NCBI GenBank assembly: GCA_963968165.1
Contig: CAXAFE010000011.1
Location: 4,384-68,383, forward strand
Length of the DNA: 64,000 nucleotides
DNA from: an uncultured Candidatus Poseidoniales archaeon
GTDB taxonomy: Archaea; Thermoplasmatota; Poseidoniia; Poseidoniales; Thalassarchaeaceae
Reading direction: 5' to 3'
Shown here piece by piece: positions 36,308-46,700 of this stretch. The notes under the pieces were generated by a model. That model saw only the letters and a program-made list of their open reading frames with translations. It did not search any database and was not told where the DNA came from. A program made the translations under genes and the position numbers. The first letter of the stretch is position 1; each line of letters begins with the position of its first letter.

Positions 36308-36922
36308 GTGAGTATTGCTGCTTCAATTTTAGAATTGTTGATGATACTTGCAATAGGATTGGTTATTCCCGGGCCAAATGCGTTAACTTCTTTTGCTCAT
36401 AGTGGATTGTTTGGAAATAAGAGTAATATTTCACTTATTGCAGGAATGGCGATAGGTCTTATAATGATGGAGGTTTTTATAGGTTTGACAGTTGAATCAT
36501 TAAGAGATATTAATAATGGTTTCATATTCCTCCACTGGGTTGGTATGCTTTTTTTACTTAGTATCTGCATAGGAATGTTTAGAATTGATATATCATCAAT
36601 CTCAAGCTCTGATACGCCAGTTAGACTTGGCCTTAAGTCCGGCATTGTAATGCAATTCTTTAACGGGAAAGAGTGGGCTTTCTTGATTATGATTATGAGT
36701 CAATTTATTGAACCCTTTGGAGGAGGATTATTTGGAATTACAATAATAATTATAATCACATTATTAGTTTGTATACCTGCAATGATAGCATGGACCATTG
36801 CAGGAGATAAGTTATCAAACTATTTTGCTGATCCAGTATTTGGAAAAAGAATTTTTAAAATATGTGGAGGTTTATTATTTCTACTTTGGGTGGTATTCTT
36901 CATTAGAGGTCCTATGAACTAA
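36308..36922 (+). CDS. LysE/RhtB-family amino-acid exporter
   Basis: 204 aa with ~6 TM helices. The N-terminal motif is LAIGLVIPGPNAL (PGPN). The start is GTG. Confidence 0.65.
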   Translation: MSIAASILELLMILAIGLVIPGPNALTSFAHSGLFGNKSNISLIAGMAIGLIMMEVFIGLTVESLRDINNGFIFLHWVGMLFLLSICIGMFRIDISSISSSDTPVRLGLKSGIVMQFFNGKEWAFLIMIMSQFIEPFGGGLFGITIIIIITLLVCIPAMIAWTIAGDKLSNYFADPVFGKRIFKICGGLLFLLWVVFFIRGPMN

Positions 36923-36945
36923 GATTTTGGGCATAATATCATTAA

Positions 36946-37614
36946 TTATCTACTAACTAAATTAATAATTTTTGACTCCGCCAATTGGAGATGTTCACTA
37001 ACTGTCGACTGTTGGATATTCATTACTTTGGCAATATCTCGTTGAGTGCAACTTCTTGGACGGCTATAATAGCCCATGTTAATGGCCTTATCCAGAACTA
37101 AACGTTGTTTTTTATTTAGTGAATCAATGAATTCAGGACTTTGGAGTGTTTCTGATCCGATTTTGACTGAAAAACCATCACCAATTAAAATAGAAATATT
37201 ATTACGTACTTCTCGTAAAGCGGACTTTGTTCCACGTAGCGTCATTATCATTCCATTAGCAGTCATATAAGTTGGATTTACCCACCACGAATCATAATTA
37301 TTGATAAATAAACTCGGAATCGGGCCTGTTAGAATTACTTTTACCAAAGCAGAGTTCTGTCCTATTGATTTTACTTCAAATATTTCCATTCCTTGATGGT
37401 TTTGATATAGGACTTTTTCATCTTCAAAATCTAATTTTACGAAGCAAATTAGTCCTCTGGGTGTTCTTTTAATGAGAGTGATAAATTCGATTTTGAAAAA
37501 TGATTCTATCCATTTTGAACCCGGTAATTCACTTCCAGATTGAATAGCAAAAGATACTTGCATATACCGTAAATCTAGATTTTTTATCATAAAGTTAGTT
37601 TTATTATCGGACAT
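36946..37614 (-). CDS. HTH_10 (bacterio-opsin-activator-type) transcriptional regulator
   Basis: The C-terminal motif is LNKKQRLVLDKAINMGYYSRPRSCTQRDIAKVMNIQQSTVSEHLQLAESKII, matching LT.RQ...L..A...GY...PR ... hL(R/Q).AE.K. The N-terminal ~150 aa are unassigned. The gene is divergent from the giant ORF. Confidence 0.75.
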   Translation of the reverse strand: MSDNKTNFMIKNLDLRYMQVSFAIQSGSELPGSKWIESFFKIEFITLIKRTPRGLICFVKLDFEDEKVLYQNHQGMEIFEVKSIGQNSALVKVILTGPIPSLFINNYDSWWVNPTYMTANGMIMTLRGTKSALREVRNNISILIGDGFSVKIGSETLQSPEFIDSLNKKQRLVLDKAINMGYYSRPRSCTQRDIAKVMNIQQSTVSEHLQLAESKIINLVSR

Positions 37615-37641
37615 TTAATCGGGTCTCGCTTACACAACGCG

Positions 37642-37663
37642 AATCATAGCCCATTCATGATAG
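37642..37663. promoter_or_regulatory. Copy 1 of a repeated operator-like motif AATCAT-N-CCATTCATGATAG
   Basis: AATCATAGCCCATTCATGATAG, with the 13-mer CCATTCATGATAG at 37651-37663. It contains the inverted pair ATCAT/ATGAT and lies 28-49 nt upstream of the regulator start at 37614. Confidence 0.4.
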
Positions 37664-37729
37664 TGTCGAATGGATTATGAAATAATACCTTTTTGTTTAA
37701 GTATACGATTAAATTTGTTTAGTTAAGTA

Positions 37730-37752
37730 AATCATCATACCATTCATGATAG
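37730..37752. promoter_or_regulatory. Copy 2 of the repeated operator-like motif
   Basis: AATCATCATACCATTCATGATAG, with the identical 13-mer at 37740-37752. It lies immediately upstream of the TATA-like element of the giant ORF. Confidence 0.4.
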
Positions 37753-37760
37753 GTAATGCA

Positions 37761-37768
37761 TTTATATT
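37761..37768 (+). promoter_or_regulatory. TATA-box-like element for the giant ORF
   Basis: TTTATATT lies 25-32 nt upstream of the ATG at 37793. This spacing implies a leaderless or near-leaderless mRNA. No Shine-Dalgarno motif lies between them. Confidence 0.4.
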
Positions 37769-37792
37769 AATTATCACCTCCCAAGATTAGAT

Positions 37793-40700
37793 ATGTTTGG
37801 TAAAAGAGAATGCAAAGCATTTTTACTAGTATCATTAATGATAATTAGTACACAAATATCTCTAATCGGAAGTATTGATTTTAGTTCAGAGTTAAACGAA
37901 GAAGTTCAAAGATTTGAATCAAATAATGGAGATGTAACAATAATCTCTGTTGGTAATTCTCAATCCTGTGCAATTGGTACAGATAACAAAATGAAATGCT
38001 GGGGGGATGGAGATCAGGGTAAAACAGGTCATGAAAATACTGAAGATTATGGAGATGAAACTTTAGAAATGGGACGCTATCTTTATTTTACAGACGTTGG
38101 AACTAATTTAACGTTCTTAGATGTTGCACTAGGAGATACCTTTTCTTGTGCATTAGTAAATGATAGTTCAATTAGGTGCTGGGGAGAGAATGATAAACTT
38201 GGCAATAGTTTAGGTTTATCAGGTTCGGGCTCTAGAGGCGACGGTTATCTTGAGATGGGCTCAAATGTTAATACGGTGAATATTGGTACGTGGTTAGCTA
38301 ATTCCATAGAAGCCGGAGGAAGTCATGCCTGTGCAGTTGTAAATAACGGGACAGATGATTCTTTAGTTTGTTGGGGAGAAAATTCCGTTGGTCAATTAGG
38401 GCTAGGCAGCACAGATACCGTTGGAGATGATGTAGGAGATTTAGAAAGTGGCGAATTGCCTCATGTTGACTTACCAAACAGAGGAGGTATAACCAGCGTA
38501 ACACTTGGCAAGGATCATACTTGTATATTGTGGGCTGACGGAGAAATAGGTTGCTGGGGAGATAACTCTGCAGGACAATTAGGCATAGGAAATACAGACA
38601 CTATTGGAGATGAATCTAATGAAATGAGTACTAATTTGGTACTTGTAGATCTCCCCTCGGACCGTACTGCAACTGCAATTACTGCAGGAAATGATTTCAC
38701 ATGTGCAATTTTGGATGACGCAAGTATTGCATGTTGGGGAGAGGGGAGTAATGGAAGGTTAGGAACAGGAACCATCACTGATGAAGGTGATGAATCTGAT
38801 GAGATTGGAGATGATTTGAATATTGTTAATGTTGGTTCAGGATTAGGTGTTATATCGGCAGATGCAGGAGATTCACATATATGTGCCATATTAACAAATA
38901 ATCAGTTAAAATGTTGGGGAAAAAATGATTTTGGTCAACTTGGATATGGTAACGGACTCTCAATAGGTGATGATGACAATGAAATGGGAGACAGCCTAGA
39001 TGCGGTCTCACTCGGTACTGGAATTACTGCTAGTTCGGTAAAATCTGGAGATTCATTTACTTGTGCCTTAACAAATAATGACAGAGTGAAATGTTGGGGC
39101 TCTGGCGAAGATGGTAGGACGGGGCTTGGAAAAACTGGCGCTACTGGAGATGAGCCGAATGAGATGGGGAATTATTTAGAATATGTGGAGCTTTTTATGC
39201 CTTTAGAGGTATTCAACCTTGAATGTGATGTTGAAGCAGAGGGCGTAGATTCGGAATTATTAGCATTAGACAGTACATCTAACAATGTCGGTAATAAAGT
39301 ATCTACTACACTCAGTTCGAAATCATGTGCCAGTATGGCATATGTTGATGATGAAATAAATACAGCAAAATTTGGCATATATAATCTGAATAAATGGACA
39401 ATAGAGGAAGTTTACATATCGGGTACTTCAATATCCGATACAAGCATAACATTGGACTCAAATGATATTCCCCACTTATTATATATGGACACAGTTCAAC
39501 CCATATATTATACTAAATATGATGGAGAATGGACGTCTACTGCCCTTTCTTCCTCTTGGTTAGGTAGTTCTGTAGATATAGAAATAGACAGCTTGGGTAA
39601 TCTATACTTGTTCTCATTGTCTTCAACTGAATTAAATATAGTAGTTTGCTTGGAATCTTCAGATTGTTTAGATACTTCAAGTTGGACTGAAGTTGGCTCA
39701 ATATCAGTAGTATCAGGAGGATATGGATTAGATTCAGACATATCATATGATGATAAATTATGGATTGGGTATGTAGATGAAACAAGTGGAGATACTGATA
39801 TTGAACTGTCGACATGTTCTAGTTCATGTGAAATAATTGGAAATTGGCAACAAGTAATAATCAGTAATTTAGGAGATATTTCAACTGAAAACGCTTCTGT
39901 TGCATTAGACATAGGGGCAAACGGTTCGGTTCATGTTGCACATAATAATCTCGTAAATGGCCTACAATACTCAAATTGTTATTCAAGTTGTGAATCTGCT
40001 TCATCTTGGACTACTGAAGAAATTTTACAAACTTATAGTACAGGAGTTATTGATATTGGAACTGGACCAGATTTGTCTGTAGTCATAATTGTTGGAACTT
40101 CTAATGGAGAGTTTACACTGCATAAGAAAGATAATCAATGGAATTACAATCAGGTCAGAGGGACAGGAGATTCGGGCTGGCTGGGCATAGAAATAACCGA
40201 TCTTGGACAAATGTGGGGGTTTGCCTTTTATCCTGATAATCCAAATTCATTCTATCAACTAAGGCAACAAGGAATGACAACTCCTGGATTAGAATTAGAT
40301 ATTGATGGAGATGGATGGATGAGAGTAGATGAAGATATGTGCGGTACTAATTTCAGAGATTCTACGAGTATACCAATAGATACTGATGCTGATTATCTGT
40401 GTGAAATTATAGATGGAGCAGTAAGTGGAAATCCTTCAATCGGAGAATCAGATGTTTTGGCTTTAGGTGAAAAATTTGGATGTGCATTATTATCGGACGG
40501 AAGTGTAGCCTGTTGGGGAGATAATTCAGAAGGACAGCTTGGGAACAGTGTTGCAGGTGCAGATAGTGAATATGCAGTATTAGTGGATCTTCCAGATGGT
40601 TTTACGGCATCATCCATTGATGCTGGATCGGGGCATGCTTGTTCGGTAGGCGAGGATTTCTCACTAGTTTGTTGGGGGCGTAATACTGAGGGACAATTAG

Positions 40701-43700
40701 GAAGAGGTACTTTTTCTACATACGAATCCCCTAATTTCGTTAATATTCCTACAGGATTAGGAGTTAATAAATTTGCAATTGGAACTAATCATAATTGTAT
40801 GAAAACGTCTGATGGAGAAATATATTGTTGGGGTGAAAGCGATGATGAGAGACTTGGAAAAATATTAAATCCGGCTATTAATTATTCCATAGTTGATAAC
40901 TTTGAAAATAATGATTTAGATTGGACTCGAACGATAGGTAATTATTTCAATTGGGATAATTCTGGTTTTTTGTATAAAACCTATTATAATTCCTGGTCAA
41001 CAGACGTCATAGAATCAGATGCATTTAGTATTAATCCTGGTTCGGTTATTCAAATAAAAGTTGATGCACTACGACTTGGAGATAATGGAGGAACTTTGGA
41101 AGTTTTCATTGGAGAACAATTGATATCTACATTAACAGATTCTGATTGGCATGATAATATTTGGACAGGGTATAAAACAATTAATATCACCGTACCGGAT
41201 TCAATACTAGATAATGTAGGATTAAAATTTAGAGTTTATTGTTACAGGTGTACGGTTAAAATTGATGATTTAAATACTGAAAATACTGCTTATGGTGGAG
41301 TAAGTGATCTAAATATTCCTACTAAGCTGGATTTTGATAATTCGGATTCTATTTCAGAGATAGCACTTGGTGATCGTCATTCTTGTACTGCTTCTGTTAC
41401 CAATTCGGGTGATGATGAGATATATTGTTGGGGATATAATGGAGGAATAAACTCTAATGTTTTAGGAAATTATAATTACTATGGAATAAATAGTTACTTG
41501 CCACAATTAGTAGATTTATCAGGTCCGGATAGTTTGGTCTCCTCCAATTGGTCGACTAATTCAATTGTGAGTATCAATGCTGGTAGCGATACTACATGTT
41601 CAATTCTAGACAGTCTGGAATCTGTGTGTTGGGGGAAATCCGCTTTGACAGAATATATTAATCCAAGTATCGACACTGTGGCGTCGACAGGCGACATAGG
41701 AAGGCATCCTGCATTAATGCTGGACAGCAATAATTACTGGAATATTGCATTTTATGATTCCTCGAATAGTGATTTGAGATTAGCATATTATGATGGAGTA
41801 AGTTGGAATGTAGAATCGGTTTATGCCGGTAGTAATGATGTTGGAGAAGGAGTAACAATTACATTAGATGGAGATGGGAATAAGCATTTGGTTGCGTATG
41901 ACCATACGGATGATGAAATAGTACATATGACTAAAATGATAAACTCGACAGAATTGATAGCCAATATTGATGGTAATTCATATAATCCTGCTACTGTAGT
42001 AGATTCAGAAGGTAATATCCATATTGCCTATCTTGAAGGTACTACAAAAACTTTACAGTATATCTATTATAATGGAACATCTTGGTCCTCACCGATCCTT
42101 ATTGATGATTATTTAACCTGGAGCGGTTATGGAACTAATGATTTACAAATTGATTCATCTGGTAATTTACATCTAAGTTACTATAATTGGAATACAGCTC
42201 CTTCTAATGACCCGCATGAATTAACTTACGCAACATATAATGGTTCTGTTTGGTCCACTTACGCACTTCAAGAAATGATATGCTCTGGAGCATGTGGAAC
42301 GAATGGATTCAGTTCGTCCATAGAAATAGATGTAAATGATCGCCCCCATATCTCATATTATGATCAAAAGAATGATACGTTAAGATATACTCATTATGAT
42401 GGTACTAGTTGGACTGATGAAACGGTAACTACGGATGATGATAACAATAATGGTATTTATAATTCAATAAGCTTAGATAATAATGATTATCCCAGAATAG
42501 CGTACTATAATGTGACACATGCAGATTTAGATTTAGCCGTATGGGACGGTTCAACATGGTCTTTTCAAAAAGTAGATACAATGAATTCAGTTGGAACATA
42601 TCCCTCAATTTCCATTGGAACTGATGATTTAACAAGAATTGCCTACACTTATGCATCCCAGAGTGATATAAAATATGCAAGTAGCACTGGAACTGATTGG
42701 AATTTTCACACATTTGAAGGATCTTACAGTTCCATAGTTTCCTTAGGGCTTGACGATTTAAACAATCCTAGAATTTCTGCTATCAATATTGATGGAACTG
42801 ACAATGTAGTATTATTTTATAATAATAGTAATGAGTGGATAGAATATAATGTTGAAGATAACTCAGGAACTAATAGCAATCATCCTAGTATGTTTGTAAA
42901 TTCGGATGGAACTGCATATATTGCATACGTAAATGCCGGCGATGGATTCGTTAGATATTCTACGATCTACACTGGCACGATTTGGAATAAAAATAATATT
43001 GCAACTACTGGAGATGTTTCAACTTCTTATCCAGGATTGGGGATGCACTTTGACAGAACCGATTTCTTGAATTTAAAATATATTGATTCTACAGATTCTG
43101 CTCTCAAAAGTACAATTGTTCGTAATAAAGGAGATTTATTATCGTCATTAGTTGATGGTGAGAATACAAATTCCGGAAAACATTCATCAATAGTGGTTGA
43201 TAGTGCAGGAAACACACACGTCTCCTATTACAATATAAGTAGTACATCATTGATGTATGCAAAATATAATAATTCATGGGCAATTGAAGAGGTAGATAAC
43301 ACGGGCACCTCTGGAGTTTATACTTCAATTGTAATTGATGACCAAGATATGCCGCATATATCCTATCAAAGTGAAGCGAAATTAAAATATGCAAAATACA
43401 ATGGTTCTGGTTGGGAATTAACCACCATAGATGATGAATCGACATATTTGGCATATGAAACATCTATCGAACTTGATACTAATTATAATCCTCATATCGC
43501 CTATAGAGTGCAAAATTATACTGGTTCCACATATGAATATCATGTAAAATATGCACATTACAATGGCACTAATTGGACTACAGAAGACGTAAAAACTAGT
43601 GATAGGTCAAATTGGAATTCATATTCAAATACCGGACGGGATGTTTCTATAGCTCTTAATAGTACTAATACAGTTTTTATAACATATTATGATGATTATT

Positions 43701-46700
43701 GGGATGATTTGTATATTGCCAATAAGACTGGTAATAATTGGACTACATCAAAAATAGCAGATAATGCTGGAGGAAATGAAAGAAGTGCCTCAATTATTGT
43801 AGATTCAACAGATAGCATACATTTAGCATATTATGATAGATCTGGGTATGATTTACATTATGCATTTTGTCAATCTTCATGTGAGCTCTTTACCTCTTGG
43901 ATTCATACTCTAGATATAGATTCGTCGAGTTATAATATTGGCACATACGTCAGTATTGCATTAGATTCTGATAATAATCCGCACATAGGCTATTATGATT
44001 CTGCTTATGCAGATTTAGAATATGCTTATTGTACTGATTTATGTTCAAGTGCTTCATCATGGGTGAAAGAGACCATTAGTTCTGATAACAATGTTGGTTA
44101 TCATGTATCGATATCAGTTGATAGTAACGATAATATATATTTTTCATATTATAATGCTAGCAATACAGGGTTGGAGATTATTAATTTATTTTCTGGAATT
44201 GATGATACAACCATTATATCTCCTATTGGAAGCCATCATTATCAGTTGGGATTCGTAAATTTAGATGGTACTGAGCATTTATCATATTATAATGGCACAG
44301 ATACCTCTGGAAAATTACAATATTCAACAATTAATTTAGAAACAGGATTATGGGGGGCCACAACTGTAGATGAAAGTTCTACTAAAACAGGATTATATTC
44401 CGATATAGATTTAGATAGCTATGGAAATCCGCATATATCATATTTTGACTCCACGAATAACAAGATAAAATATGCATATTATGATAGTTCCTCGTGGGTA
44501 ATTTCTGATGTAGCTACAGTAGGTGAAAATAGTGGATATACATCCATTGTTATCAATTCAATTAATAGACCAAATATAGCATATCATGATTCCACAACCG
44601 GAGATTTGATGATGGCAAAGTGGGATGGTAATTCCTGGACGATATTGGCTCAAGATGAAGGATCCGCCGGACTAGGAACAGATATTTCAGTAGACAACAC
44701 TGATATGATATTTATTTCATACTACGATGAGACGACAGATGATTTAGAGTTTGTAACTACAGGTTATGAATCGCCGATCCTTACTGGAAACTCGTATTAT
44801 CATATCTCTGGTACTTCACTCGATAATGGTTCAGGGCCTATTAAGTCTATTGATATTGGAGAAACGCATGCATGCGCCATAATGCAGATTACGATCAAAT
44901 GTTGGGGGAGTTCACAATCAGGCCAATTGGGTAATGGAGTGGTAGCCGATACTTCATTATCCCCAGTTAGTGTTAATTCCGTAGGTGGATTTACTCCGCT
45001 AGAAGTTTCAGTATCTATTAATTCAGATTCCAATGGAGGCTCTTCTTGTGCGCTTTATTCTGAGGATTTAACAAATCAAAGGGTTGTTATGTGTTGGGGA
45101 TACGGAGAAAATGGCCAAATCGGAGATGGGGCTGATATTTCATTAAACTCGCCAAGTAGCACTAGTAAAGTAAGCATAGATTTCGAAATTGCATTAGGAA
45201 TTGCATATGGAAGTGATTATGTGTCCACGGGTCAAAATGATCCAATGAAGATATCATTATCGTCAACGAGTAATTTTGGTTGTGCTATGTCGTACAAAGG
45301 GCATGTCAAATGTTGGGGATATAATGGCTATGGGCAACTTGGAATAGAAAATACTACTAATAGTGGAGATAGTGATAACGAGATGGGTTCAAATCTTAAA
45401 TTTGTTTCTTTAGGAGTAAATAGAACGGCAAAGGATATCTCATTGGGTGGATCTCATGCTTGTGCAATTTTAGATAATAATCAAGTAAAATGTTGGGGAT
45501 ATAATGGCTATGGGCAACTTGGAATTGAAAATAATACTCAAATAGGAGATAATTATGGAGAACTATGGGGCGATAATCATCCTTCGATAAATCTAGGAAC
45601 TGGAAGGACGGCAGTTGCAATATCAACAGGATTTTCACATACATGTGTCATTTTAGACACCGGCGATATCAAATGTTGGGGATATAATGGCTATGGGCAA
45701 CTTGGAATTGGAAGTACTGCTACAATAGGGGATAACCCTAATGAGATGGGAGATAATTTAGCAAAAGTAGACTTAGGATATGGTAGAACAGCATTAGCAA
45801 TTGTAAGTGGAACAAATTCAAACTGCGCTATATTAGATAGTGGATTGATAAAATGTTGGGGGAGAAATAATGTAGGACAACTTGGAATTGGAAGTACTAC
45901 TCAAATTGGAGATAATACTAATGAGATGGGTAATAATCTAGAAATATCCAGATTAGGGACAGATACGATTGCACTTTCATTATCAGGAGGAGGTTCAAAT
46001 TATTGTGCTTTGACCAATAATAGAGATATCAAATGTTGGGGACATAATGGCTATGGGCAACTTGGAATTGAAAATACTACTCAAATGGGAGATAATGTTA
46101 ACGAGATGGGAGACAATTTAATAAAAGTTGATTTAGGAACTGGAAGATCTGCTATCAGAATTTCGACAGGTAGTACTCACACATGCGTAATATTGGATAA
46201 TGAAGATTTTAAATGTTGGGGATATAATGGCTATGGGCAACTTGGAATTGGAAGTAATACTCAAATTGGAGATAATACTAATGAGATGGGAGATAATTTA
46301 ATTTCTCCTGAATTGCCGTTAAATTCAATAAAGGTATTAGAATCTGGTAATCATAATACATGTGCCATCTTATTCGACAACACAATAAGGTGTTGGGGAT
46401 ATAATGGCTATGGGCAACTTGGAATTGGAAGTACTGCTACAATAGGAGATAATCCTAATGAGATGGGTAATGAGATGGCCATTACTAATCTTCACCTTAT
46501 ACCTAAAGATTCAGATGGAGATGGATGGATTGACTTGTGGGATAATGATGATGATAATGATGGATATTTAGATATTTATGATCATCTACCACATGATAGT
46601 CGAGATTGGAGAGATTATGATGGAGATGGATTAGGAACTAATGTTGATACAGACGATGATGATAGTGATGTAAAAACAGTAGATCAGGATACAATATTAA

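Noticed and set aside
45250-46480. Regularly spaced ~35-nt identical repeats with ~145-nt variable spacers, superficially CRISPR-like
   Set aside because: The repeats are in-frame parts of a continuous ORF encoding the CWGYNGYGQLG strand of RCC1 blades. The period (~180 nt) and coding context do not fit a CRISPR array. There are no cas genes in the window.
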